64,000 bases of DNA from Sulfolobales archaeon (GCA_038841535.1 JAWBTQ010000002.1:64001-128000), one strand, 5' to 3'; shown: positions 48,939 through 58,212, counted from the stretch's first letter. The notes: generated by a model not told the origin, from the sequence alone. Numbers and translations: made by a program.

Positions 48939-50177
48939 TCATTTAACTAGGTTCTCAGCTACTTTAGGAAGTGAGACCTTTCGCAGCATTCGCGATACTA
49001 CCGGAAGGAAGACTGTTGCTGTAGTAGTCAGTAAAGCAGAGCCTGCCACTGTCGCGAGGTAGGTCTTAGTGGTGTCCCTGGTTAGTCCACCTAATGCCGG
49101 GCCGACTATGGATGATACCATTACAACCGAGATCTGCATACCTATGAGCCTCCCAACCCTCCTGTTACCGAAGAGAGCTGGGACGATGCTCATGTGTGCT
49201 ACTGGCTCGCCTCCGAACGCAAATAGTCTTATGAGTAGAGCGAGTACAGCTGGCCACGCATAAGCGTGGGGCAGTAGACTGACAGCATAAGATGATGCGG
49301 CTTGAGTAGCGTATAGAGCTAATATGGTCTTCAAAATACCTACTCTAGTAGCTAGTAGCCCCCAGAAGAACCCGCCCGCAGTTTGTAGAATGCCCGAAAC
49401 TCCCATTACCGCAGGAGTGTATACTGCCAAGGCTTCCTCACTGGGCAAGCCGGAGGATTCGTAGATCTCTGAGATTATCGGGGCGAGGTAGCTTATCAAC
49501 ATAGTCGATGAGGTAGCTACTAAGAAGATCGGCACTAGCATAGTTAAATACGCTCTGCGGCTCGCATGGTCAGTATATGACTCTCTAGATCTCTGCTTAG
49601 GCGGGACCATGCCTCTGTATAGTGCTGCGCAGACCATAGTCACCGAGCTAGTGACAAGCGACGCAGTAAAGAAAGTGTAGAACGGGCCTGTCCTTGTCAG
49701 AAGGTACGTGATTATGGGAGACCAGAGAGTGAGCGCCATATATGACCCGCTCTGGACTACAGCTAGAGCTAGCTGAGGTCTAGACGGTAGAGAGCTTATG
49801 ACCGCAGGGTTTACCGACGTAGAGACGGCTGAGAAAACAAGTCCATAGGCTACTGCCGAAGCGTACCAGTACCACATGGCCTCGCTCCACGGTTTTGACC
49901 TCATGGGTAGTACCAATATCCCTGAGGTGAGTTGCGATAGTGCACCAATAGCTAGGAGGATTGAGGGACCTCTTGCATCGTAGAGCGCTCCAAACGCCGA
50001 GGAGGTGAATATTCCTACACCGCTCGATATTATTATGAATGCTGCTACCTGCGTCACGCTGTCGACTCCGTAGAGACTCATCAAGTGCTGGTAAAACATA
50101 GAGATACTGCTCCTCCAGCCTACAGCGAGTAGGGCCAGAATACCCGCTACCACGTAGCTATAGCTTCTCTTGACCAC
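48939..50177 (-). CDS. MFS transporter (OFA/monocarboxylate-like)
   Basis: About 12 TM segments, GALYDARGP motif A, ALFG...G. Confidence 0.8.
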   Translation of the reverse strand: MVKRSYSYVVAGILALLAVGWRSSISMFYQHLMSLYGVDSVTQVAAFIIISSGVGIFTSSAFGALYDARGPSILLAIGALSQLTSGILVLPMRSKPWSEAMWYWYASAVAYGLVFSAVSTSVNPAVISSLPSRPQLALAVVQSGSYMALTLWSPIITYLLTRTGPFYTFFTASLVTSSVTMVCAALYRGMVPPKQRSRESYTDHASRRAYLTMLVPIFLVATSSTMLISYLAPIISEIYESSGLPSEEALAVYTPAVMGVSGILQTAGGFFWGLLATRVGILKTILALYATQAASSYAVSLLPHAYAWPAVLALLIRLFAFGGEPVAHMSIVPALFGNRRVGRLIGMQISVVMVSSIVGPALGGLTRDTTKTYLATVAGSALLTTTATVFLPVVSRMLRKVSLPKVAENLVK

Positions 50178-50178
50178 G

Positions 50179-50207
50179 GCTTACGACCTTAGTAGAGGTC
50201 GTTAAGC
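50179..50207. promoter_or_regulatory. Inverted repeat between putative TATA and MFS start codon
   Basis: GCTTACGACCT-N6-AGGTCGTTAAGC directly upstream of GTG 50177. Confidence 0.45.
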
Positions 50208-50334
50208 AGAAATAAGCTCCTGCACTCATCAAGCAGGAAAGCTCTCTAACCTTAGCAAGGGAGATATAGTTCACGCAAGAGCTAGTGGAAGATCATGCGC
50301 ACTCCCAGTCTTTCTTAAAGTCTAACACGCCGCA

Positions 50335-50645
50335 GTACTTGACGGGGCACTTACCTAATGCGCTGTTTAACTGGAGTTTCTAGGGACAAATGTTCAGGGC
50401 GGGTCACGCTTAGTAAGCGCTACTCTCTATTATGCTGGATATTAATATCCGGTGTTGTAGCTAAGAAGAAGCTAGAGAAACTTGGACATAAGTCCGGTGC
50501 TTGGTTGAGGGAGTGTTCGCAGATTTTGGAGAGAATGTTGTGGCAGCACTCAGTGAGGGGCTTGTGGAGAACTCGAAGAATGCGCGATAAGGCAGACATA
50601 GTCGTTCATATATTCTACAGCTACTATCTACTTCTAGACCTTTCA
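50335..50645 (+). pseudogene. Possible decayed IS5/IS4-like DDE transposase fragment
   Basis: Frame-shifted pieces VLDGA, KKLEKLGHK..W, VEGVFADFGENVVA and HIFYSYYLL resemble the C-terminal half of archaeal DDE_Tnp_1 transposases. Confidence 0.35.
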
Positions 50646-50725
50646 GTACGTAGGGTAGGTTATGAGGAGTTCAAATAAGTAGAATACTTAACTTCTACTC
50701 TACAGCATCAAGTTGGTGACCTAGT

Positions 50726-51349
50726 TTGGAGGTTTTGAGGGGAGTACACCTAGTTAGGGGAGAGGTATCAAACATATATGTAATAGAAACAAGCTCAGGG
50801 AACATCCTAGTTGACGCAGGAACCCCGAACGACCCTGAAAGGATTCTCTTATATCTTAGATCTTCCGGGCTTAAGGTAGAGTTCATTTTCGTAACTCACG
50901 CCCACTGGGACCATGTCGGAGGACTCAAAGCAGTGAAGGAAGTTACGGGTGCGAGTGTTGTAGCCCACGTAGATGAGGCTCCCTATATACGCGGAGAGAG
51001 TTCTACAAGACGCAGATTCGAGCCAGTTAACGTAGATATCTTAGTGAAAGATGGAGACAGCATTTTAGGGCTTACAGTCATTCATACTCCTGGACACACT
51101 CCTGGTAGTTCATGCCTCTTCGACAGTGGGAGGAGGACCATCTTCGTGGGGGATCTAGTTTACGAGGAGGGTGGAGAAGTTCGTGAGATGCTCCACCAGT
51201 ATTCTCGCGATCCTTACATGAACAGGGAGTCTATAGCTAAGCTAATTGCATACGACTTTGACCACTTGCTGCCAAGCCACGGGAACCCAGTGCTGGGAAA
51301 GGGTAGGGAGATGCTGAAACTTCTTGTCGAGAGCTTTCACCCGATGTAG
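50726..51349 (+). CDS. MBL-fold metallo-hydrolase
   Basis: THAHWDHVGG, TPGHTPGS, GD, PSHG. Confidence 0.9.
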   Translation: MEVLRGVHLVRGEVSNIYVIETSSGNILVDAGTPNDPERILLYLRSSGLKVEFIFVTHAHWDHVGGLKAVKEVTGASVVAHVDEAPYIRGESSTRRRFEPVNVDILVKDGDSILGLTVIHTPGHTPGSSCLFDSGRRTIFVGDLVYEEGGEVREMLHQYSRDPYMNRESIAKLIAYDFDHLLPSHGNPVLGKGREMLKLLVESFHPM

Positions 51350-51418
51350 GGGCAATATAGATGCTGATCTCTCTGTTAAGCAAACTTCATTCACTCATAG
51401 CCTCTAGTATCCAATACC

Positions 51419-51443
51419 TTACCTATGGGTAACCTATTTATAA
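51419..51443 (+). promoter_or_regulatory. Inverted repeat adjacent to the TATA box of rubrerythrin
   Basis: TTACC-TATG-GGTAA (51419-51432) followed by TATTTATAA (51435-51443). Confidence 0.45.
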
Positions 51444-51476
51444 TGTTTCTTCTAGAGTAGTAGTTGGTGGTTTTAC

Positions 51477-52031
51477 GTGGTTAGACCTATGACTAAAGAT
51501 GCTTTACTAACTGCTTTCGGAGGAGAGTCTATGGCTCACACAAGGTACTTAATTTTTGCTGATGTAGCGAGGAAAGAAGGCTTTAGCAATGTTGCGAGAC
51601 TTTTTGAAGCTGTAGCTTACGCTGAGTTAGTTCATGCCAGTAACCACTATAGGGCTCTTAGAGAGTACAATGAGGATGCCAAGGTGGCTGCCGGGACTCC
51701 CATAGGACCTGGAAACACCAGTAAGAACCTGGAGCTGGGGATCACGGGTGAGGATTACGAGGTTAGTGAGATGTACCCGGTATTTCTAGAGATAGCTAAA
51801 CACCAGGGAGAAAAAGAAGCCGAGAGGAGCTTCTACTATGCGTACATGGCGGAACAAATCCACGCGAGGTTATATAGGGAAGCGAAGAGCTATGTAGACC
51901 AAAAACGAGATTGGCCTCTAGAGGGTAAAGTATGGATATGTCCGGTCTGCGGGCATACTCACGTCGGGGTCGACCCCCCAGAGAAGTGCCCAGTCTGCGG
52001 TATACCTAAGAACCTCTATAAGGGTTTCTAA
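51477..52031 (+). CDS. rbr: Rubrerythrin
   Basis: AFGGES, ELVHA, GEDYE, EQIH diiron motifs; C-terminal CPVCG..CPVCG rubredoxin domain. Confidence 0.95.
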   Translation: MVRPMTKDALLTAFGGESMAHTRYLIFADVARKEGFSNVARLFEAVAYAELVHASNHYRALREYNEDAKVAAGTPIGPGNTSKNLELGITGEDYEVSEMYPVFLEIAKHQGEKEAERSFYYAYMAEQIHARLYREAKSYVDQKRDWPLEGKVWICPVCGHTHVGVDPPEKCPVCGIPKNLYKGF

Positions 52032-52033
52032 AC

Positions 52034-53227
52034 CTAGGTCAAGTTTTTAACTAAGTAGTTATATGCTAGAAGAGCGTGGAGTGCCGTTCCCTTCCAAAGG
52101 GCTTCTTCATCAACGTCGAACCTGGGGTGGTGGTGAGGATATACTATGCCCTTACTTTCGCTTCGAGTTCCCAAGATTACGAACGCTCCCGGAACCTTCT
52201 GGAGGTAGAACGAGAAGTCCTCAGACCCCATACTCATAGGTGCTTCGGAAGTCGGCCCCAGCTTGCTGGCAACCTTCATGACGAAATCGGCTAGCTCGGA
52301 CGTGTTTATTACTGGCGGGTAAGGAATCCCAGTAACCTCGACTTTGCCCTCACACTCCCAAGCTGCCGCATAGTGCCTTACTATTGCCTCAATTCTAGAT
52401 AGCACCCTGTCTCTCACAGACATGTCGAAAGCTCTGAGTGTGCCGTAGATCTCGACGGAGTCAGGTATTACGTTACTAGCCTTACTTGCCTCGATTCTAG
52501 GCGTTGAGACGACGATAGGTGTGAGAGGGTCTACGTTTCTGGCCACTACCTTCTGGATAGCGTTGTATATGTCTGCAGCTGGCACCGTGGGGTCCTTGGT
52601 TAACTCAGGGTGGGCAGCATGACCTCCTAAACCCTTGATCTTTATTACGAATGACGTAGAAGATGCGTTCATAGATCCCTTTCTTGTAGCTATCACACCA
52701 GACGGAAGCTCTGACCACACGTGAATACCGAAAACGGCGTTTACGTCATCAAAAAAGCCCTCTTCTACGATTTTCTTCGCTCCAGCACCTCCTTCTTCAG
52801 CGGGTTGAAATACTAGCTTAACTGTTCCCCTTAACTTACTTTTAATAGAGGATAGAACTCTAGCTGCTCCTAGAAGCATGGCTACGTGAGCATCATGACC
52901 ACAAGCATGCATTTTCCCCGGAATCCTTGATTTATACGGAACATCGTTTTCCTCCTGTATTGGGAGAGCGTCCATATCGGCTCTTAGTGCGAGAGTCCTC
53001 CCTTCACTAACCCTTAGTATACCAATAACTCCCGTACCAGCGGTACGGGCGACTTGAAACCCTAAACGCACTAACTCTTCCTCAACTAGCTTCGATGTCC
53101 TGTACTCCTCATACCTTAGCTCGGGATACGAGTGGATATCGCGTCGAACTTTAATGATGTAGTCGCTCATAAGCTTAGAGGCATTAATAATCTCTTCCTC
53201 TACGGGATCTAAGCTCATTTTTATCAC
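52034..53227 (-). CDS. M20D amidohydrolase/carboxypeptidase
   Basis: HSYPEL, RADMDALP, MHACGHD, FQPAEE, SEDF, HHHPRF. Confidence 0.93.
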   Translation of the reverse strand: MIKMSLDPVEEEIINASKLMSDYIIKVRRDIHSYPELRYEEYRTSKLVEEELVRLGFQVARTAGTGVIGILRVSEGRTLALRADMDALPIQEENDVPYKSRIPGKMHACGHDAHVAMLLGAARVLSSIKSKLRGTVKLVFQPAEEGGAGAKKIVEEGFFDDVNAVFGIHVWSELPSGVIATRKGSMNASSTSFVIKIKGLGGHAAHPELTKDPTVPAADIYNAIQKVVARNVDPLTPIVVSTPRIEASKASNVIPDSVEIYGTLRAFDMSVRDRVLSRIEAIVRHYAAAWECEGKVEVTGIPYPPVINTSELADFVMKVASKLGPTSEAPMSMGSEDFSFYLQKVPGAFVILGTRSESKGIVYPHHHPRFDVDEEALWKGTALHALLAYNYLVKNLT

Positions 53228-53376
53228 AAGTACATTTCAACTAATCAGGTAAAAACCTTCGAACTGTTTTGATGATACTAGAAATAGCTAAGAAATCCTC
53301 TGTTCTGTTTGGATTTCCAAACCTGTGAGGAGTTAAGGTTTAATAACTTTGTTTTACTAATAGTAACGGTGATAAA

Positions 53377-53820
53377 ATGTCTTTAAACCTTATAAAGTAC
53401 GCTAAGGAAGTCGAGGAGAGAGCTTTAGACTCTTACCTTCACAATACGAGGGTTCTGAGGCTTAGTGGGATAGACTTAAAAGACCTCGAGGACGTGGTTA
53501 AGAAGGTGTCGATCGAGACATGGATCCACAAAGAGATTGTAACTGGGATGCTGAAGGCGTATCAGGAAGCTCTAGATAGAGTGGTTGAAGTCATGCGGGA
53601 TGTTGAAAGTATTACACCTACCGCTATCGAGAGAGCAGTTCTCGTGAAAATCCTGAAAGAACATCTACAGATAGAGACCGACATGATCGAAACATATAAG
53701 AAGCTTGCTAATGAACTCAAGTACCCAGTCCTTAAAGCTATTGCCGAGGCTTTAGCAAGAAACGAAGAAGAGCACCACAAAATGATTAGCGACCTAATCA
53801 GAAAGTACGAAGAAACGTAA
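53377..53820 (+). CDS. Ferritin-like diiron four-helix protein
   Basis: E...ETWIH and E...EEEHH motifs. Confidence 0.7.
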   Translation: MSLNLIKYAKEVEERALDSYLHNTRVLRLSGIDLKDLEDVVKKVSIETWIHKEIVTGMLKAYQEALDRVVEVMRDVESITPTAIERAVLVKILKEHLQIETDMIETYKKLANELKYPVLKAIAEALARNEEEHHKMISDLIRKYEET

Positions 53821-53898
53821 AAACATGTGAGTAGCAATTAACTCGCCACATTACTCTTATATTTACCTACATCGATAGTTTTTACTTGGAGATAAGCC

Positions 53899-54093
53899 TT
53901 GAAGTGCCCCTTCTGTGGCTATGATGGTCAGCCCGAAGTAGCTAAAGAGTGGAAATTCAGGTTCTATACGGTTCAAAGGGTTAAGTGCCCTAGGTGTGGT
54001 GGGATATTTAATCACTACGCTGGAACAACACCAGCGGGGAGGTTCTCAGAGTTTATAATTAGAGTTAAACCAAGGCCAAAGAGTGGAAGATAG
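53899..54093 (+). CDS. Small basic zinc-ribbon protein (two CPxCG)
   Basis: CPFCG and CPRCG, basic tail, GGAG RBS and own TATA-like box. Confidence 0.7.
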   Translation: MKCPFCGYDGQPEVAKEWKFRFYTVQRVKCPRCGGIFNHYAGTTPAGRFSEFIIRVKPRPKSGR

Positions 54094-54144
54094 GTCTATT
54101 GCTCCAGCCTCATCACTTTATCAACCCTAATTTTGTTTTAGCAG

Positions 54145-54180
54145 CAAGCCCTTACTCTTTTAGTGTAGTGAAGAGGTCAA
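54145..54180 (+). mobile_element. Possible decayed IS200/IS605 right-end relic
   Basis: CAAGCCCTTACTCTTTTAGTGTAGTGAAGAGGTCAA resembles the recalled archaeal tnpB 3' end consensus. Confidence 0.4.
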
Positions 54181-54218
54181 ATTTATATAGTTATGTTGGC
54201 TATTAAGGCGGTGGAACG

Positions 54219-55202
54219 TTGAGAATAGGTGTTTACGGTTTTGGAGCCATTGGGAGGTTAGCTTCTAGGCTGATCCTAGAGCGCGGGCATGAGCTCGTAG
54301 GGGCTGTAGATATCGATGAGAAAATTGTTGGTAAAGACGTCGGTGAGCTTCTGGGCGTAGGTAGTTTAGGAGTCGAGGTGACTAAAGACGTTAGTGAGCT
54401 TGCCGATGCCGACGTAGTGATACATGCTACTGGGTCCTACCTTGATAGAGTCTTCGACCAGATAGCCTCCTTAGTAAAGATAGGTGTTCACGTAGTCTCT
54501 ACGTGTGAAACTCTCTCCTATCCCTACTATAGATACCCAGTTCTTGCCTTAAGGTTAGATGAACTGGCTAGAGCTTTCGGGTCTGTAGTAATTGGGACGG
54601 GCATAAACCCAGGTTACTTACTTGACACTTTAGTAGCGGTCCTAGCGGCTTCGGTTCCGTCAGTCAAGAGAGTGAAGGCTGTGAGAAGTCTAGACGCAGC
54701 TAAGAGAAGAGAGCCGTTTAGAAAGAAGATAGGTATCGGTGACGACCCAAGAGTTGTTGAAGAAAGGATAGCTAGAGGTGAGATCACAGGGCATGTAGGG
54801 TACGCTGAGTCGGTATACCTCATAGCACTAGCTGGGGACCTTAACCTCACGAAGGTGGTCGAGTGGCAGGGTAGTGTACCGGCTGAAGCAGATATCGAGT
54901 CATCAGGGATTAAAGTAGAGAAAGGCAAGAACAAGGGGATCGTAGGGTATGGTGCCGGTTTTGTGGGCGAGCGGGAAGTAGTTAAAGTCGTTTTTGAGGC
55001 TTACGTTGGCGCCCCAGAGCACGAAGAAATTGAGGTTGAGGGTCATGAGTACTCAGTTAAGTGGAGGAGTACTGGAACACCTGGGGACTTAGGTACAGTA
55101 ACTGTAGCTTTAAACGTAGCTGAGAGAGTCCCGTATATGTTGCCCGGGCTTAGGCTAATGACTGACATGCTACCATTTAAGATCAGGTTTGTTAAGGGGT
55201 AA
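54219..55202 (+). CDS. 2,4-diaminopentanoate dehydrogenase (Ord)/DapB-like NAD(P) oxidoreductase
   Basis: GFGAIG Rossmann, HATGS, STCE, GTGINPG, KKIG.G, GHVGYAES, GD.GT. Confidence 0.8.
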   Translation: MRIGVYGFGAIGRLASRLILERGHELVGAVDIDEKIVGKDVGELLGVGSLGVEVTKDVSELADADVVIHATGSYLDRVFDQIASLVKIGVHVVSTCETLSYPYYRYPVLALRLDELARAFGSVVIGTGINPGYLLDTLVAVLAASVPSVKRVKAVRSLDAAKRREPFRKKIGIGDDPRVVEERIARGEITGHVGYAESVYLIALAGDLNLTKVVEWQGSVPAEADIESSGIKVEKGKNKGIVGYGAGFVGEREVVKVVFEAYVGAPEHEEIEVEGHEYSVKWRSTGTPGDLGTVTVALNVAERVPYMLPGLRLMTDMLPFKIRFVKG

Positions 55203-55208
55203 TCTCAG

Positions 55209-56573
55209 GTGGACTACTCAACCTTAGAGAGCAGGCTGAGTAGCCTAATAAGTGAGCTCGAGAGCGAGTACCTCAAGAGAACACCGAAGAGTAAAGAGCT
55301 CTTTGAAAAGTCAAAGAAGCTTACTCCCGGTGGGGTAACCTACTCGATTAGATACTTCAGACCACACCCTGTTTACGTTTCGAGAGCTGAGGGAACTAGG
55401 GTTTGGGACGTCGACGGTAATGAGTACGTAGACTACTGGATGGGTCACGGAACCCACATCCTGGGTCACGCACCAAAGTTCGTTCTCGATGCTGTAGTAG
55501 AAGCTATGAGGTCGGGAACTCACTTAGGCTACGAGAACCCCTACGCTGTGGAGTACTCTGAGCTACTAACGAAGGTCGTGCCTGGCCTAGATATGGTTAG
55601 GTTCGCTAACAGTGGAACTGAAGCCAATATGTACACGCTCAGGCTTGCTAGAGCGTTTACAAAGAGAAAGTACGTAGTTAAAGTCGAGGGTGGTTGGCAC
55701 GGTGGATACGATGCATTACATACAGCTGTTTCTCCCCCGTTCACTGGTCCTGAATCAGCTGGACTCCCCGATGAGTACTTAAGGTATACTCTATCTGCTC
55801 CATATAATGACTCAGAAGCAGTTGAGGAGCTATTGAGGAAGCACTCTGTTGGGGCTGTTATAGTTGAGCCTGTACTCGGGGCTGGTGGTTGCATAGCTCC
55901 TGTAGGTAATTACCTCAAGGAGCTTAGGGAGCTTACATACAGGTACGGTTCTCTACTAGTATTTGATGAAGTGATTACGGGGTTTAGGCTCGCACTAGGA
56001 GGAGGTCAGGAGTACTTTGGTGTTAAAGCAGACCTAGTGGTCATGGGAAAAGTTGTTGGTGGAGGCTTTTCGGGCGCAGGTGCCTTTGGTGGGAGAGCAG
56101 AAATCATGGAGTTACTGGATCACTTGAAGATTCATGATCCAAGGTCTAGAGCCTTCCACGGAGGGACGTTTGTCGGTAACCCAGTCAATATGGTAGCTGG
56201 GTATACCTTGGTTAAGTACCTAGCTGAGAACAAGTCGCTTTATGAGGTTGCAAACAGAATGTGGGAAGAGTTTAGGAAGTACGTGGATAAAGTCTGTGAA
56301 GAATACGGAAGAATATGCTGGTCGACTGGTGCTGGAACCATGACCGGTATACACTTCACTAAGTTGAGGCCGCGAAACACTAGGGAGGTTTACGAGCTAA
56401 GGTGGAGTAAGCAGATTGAGTACGCTTACCACCTCTACTCGAGATTAAGTGGTGTACTCTACATAAGCGAGAAACTAATACATCTTCTGCCGTCACTAGC
56501 TCACTCGAGAAAAGAAGTTGAGCTATTTACAGATGTCTTTAGAAGCTTTTTAGCTAGAGTTCTCAAGGCCTGA
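55209..56573 (+). CDS. Class III PLP aminotransferase (HemL/GSAM-like)
   Basis: WDVDGNEYVD, SGTEAN, GWHG, FDEVITGFR, MGKVVGGG, HGGTF.GNP. Confidence 0.88.
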   Translation: MDYSTLESRLSSLISELESEYLKRTPKSKELFEKSKKLTPGGVTYSIRYFRPHPVYVSRAEGTRVWDVDGNEYVDYWMGHGTHILGHAPKFVLDAVVEAMRSGTHLGYENPYAVEYSELLTKVVPGLDMVRFANSGTEANMYTLRLARAFTKRKYVVKVEGGWHGGYDALHTAVSPPFTGPESAGLPDEYLRYTLSAPYNDSEAVEELLRKHSVGAVIVEPVLGAGGCIAPVGNYLKELRELTYRYGSLLVFDEVITGFRLALGGGQEYFGVKADLVVMGKVVGGGFSGAGAFGGRAEIMELLDHLKIHDPRSRAFHGGTFVGNPVNMVAGYTLVKYLAENKSLYEVANRMWEEFRKYVDKVCEEYGRICWSTGAGTMTGIHFTKLRPRNTREVYELRWSKQIEYAYHLYSRLSGVLYISEKLIHLLPSLAHSRKEVELFTDVFRSFLARVLKA

Positions 56574-56585
56574 TTCAGTTCTGCT

Positions 56586-57593
56586 TTAAGGAGCTTTCTC
56601 CTCAAACTCTACGTATCCTTGGTGAGTGCTAATGCTAACCGTTATCCTGAGCTCAACTCTACCTCTCCATACCTCACTTACGGCTTTAAACACCTCTTTA
56701 GTGATGTCTTTCGAGACGGTTCTATAGGACGTGGGTACGAGCTGCACTACCCTATTAAGGGGGATAACTACGCCTATGCTTAGCTTCAGACGGTCCTTCT
56801 TAAGCTTGTAGTCTAGGTTCTCCACGACGAAACCGAACCTCTCTGACGTTTTCAGTATAGCAGCTAGAACCCTCCATAATGCGGGGTCATCGGATTCTAA
56901 GTAGGTTCGGTAAGTTTCCATTACCCTTCCACTAACGTGTTCTTTAACTCTAGACTCCAACTCTACCCTCCTAAAGTACAGGTTTCTCTCGACTAGATCT
57001 TTTATTACTGATAGCGCTACATGTAGAGGGTAGCGCAGATTCCCAACCCACTCGACCACTAACTTGATGTCTTCTTCTCTCTGTTCTATATGTAAAGAAG
57101 ATAGTGTGAGACCTTGAGCTCTAAGCTCACTTAGAAGTCGTACTTGAACATCAAAAACTTCCTCTATCGAAACTCGTGGGGGTAATGGCTTGGGTGGAGC
57201 GGCTTTATGCTCCTTGATTCTTCTCACGACGTCAGAGTATTTTGCCTCAAAATCCTGTTCTGATAGCTCGTACACTATCACTTCACCTCCGGAAGTCCCG
57301 GCAGCTTCAACTATCTTGTCCAAGGCCTCACCTCCTGTAAGGTCTTCACCGATCGACTTAAAGTAGGCAGCTATGAATAGACCGCGAAGTATTACTATAC
57401 TCCCCTCAGCCTCTCTAACACGTACTCTAGCAAAACATAGCTTCTCAGCACAGACACTCATCAAGACCTTTGCTAAATCTTCTCCCGCGCTTATACTCTT
57501 GACTAGCACTATCGAACCTTTTAGTAATGCTTCTAGCCGTAAAGACATCTCATCGATAGTATCGCTAGCAAATCTCAATACGTCTTTCTCCAA
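56586..57593 (-). CDS. Hypothetical multidomain protein
   Basis: 335-aa ORF with Pro-rich linker (APPKPLPPR); family not recognised. Confidence 0.6.
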   Translation of the reverse strand: MEKDVLRFASDTIDEMSLRLEALLKGSIVLVKSISAGEDLAKVLMSVCAEKLCFARVRVREAEGSIVILRGLFIAAYFKSIGEDLTGGEALDKIVEAAGTSGGEVIVYELSEQDFEAKYSDVVRRIKEHKAAPPKPLPPRVSIEEVFDVQVRLLSELRAQGLTLSSLHIEQREEDIKLVVEWVGNLRYPLHVALSVIKDLVERNLYFRRVELESRVKEHVSGRVMETYRTYLESDDPALWRVLAAILKTSERFGFVVENLDYKLKKDRLKLSIGVVIPLNRVVQLVPTSYRTVSKDITKEVFKAVSEVWRGRVELRITVSISTHQGYVEFEEKAP

Positions 57594-57689
57594 CTTTACA
57601 CCACAAACAGTCGAGTTTAGTAACTAATTAATTGATATATGACCCGTATAATTTCTTAATTTACTACGCAATAACCTATTGGTGAGCAA

Positions 57690-57986
57690 ATGGTGACTCA
57701 CGAGTTTCTCAAGGTTAAGAGGCTTGAACACGGTGTTTTAGGACTAGAGGTAGCTCTACCTAACTCTCCACCACTAATACTCCTCGCGGGTAGGAAGGCC
57801 TTCATAATGTGCGGATACCTTAATATAGAGCTAGCAGAAAAGCTAGGTGTCCCGTGCGTTCGCGTAACGGGAGTAAAAAGCGTTGAGGACTTGCTAGAGA
57901 AAGAAGTTCAAGAAGTAACAACTAAAGCCAGGGACATGAGTATCTCCCCTGGACTTAGAGTAAGGGACATACTAGATAAGCTCTAG
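57690..57986 (+). CDS. YunC/DUF1805 family protein
   Basis: FIMCGYLN, RVTGVKSVEDLL, EVT. Confidence 0.85.
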   Translation: MVTHEFLKVKRLEHGVLGLEVALPNSPPLILLAGRKAFIMCGYLNIELAEKLGVPCVRVTGVKSVEDLLEKEVQEVTTKARDMSISPGLRVRDILDKL

Positions 57987-58051
57987 CCGTAATGAGAGCG
58001 TCTCCTAGTTCTCCCCTCATATTATAAACATTTTTGATTAGAAAGCGGAAA

Positions 58052-58153
58052 CGGGATCTTTAGCTCTCTGCTGTGTTAACGATCCGAAGCCTATGACCTT
58101 CAGCCTCTCGAGGTTCGGCTGAAGCAGTGCAGAGCTAAAAGTCCCGCCCTTTT
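58052..58153 (+). ncRNA. Candidate ~100-nt structured RNA with paired ends and K-turn-like motif
   Basis: TTATAAA at 58022-58028; 16-bp terminal stem 58052-58067/58131-58146; pyrimidine/T tract after the stem. Confidence 0.5.
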
Positions 58154-58212
58154 CTCCAACTTTCATTGGTATCTAGAAACTGCCTATAGTGTCATTGGTG
58201 GCTTTGGGTTAA

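Noticed and set aside
58117-58146. Hammerhead-like CUGAAG...AAA core in the 58-kb hairpin
   Set aside because: Lacks exact CUGANGA and GAAA and the required three-stem topology.
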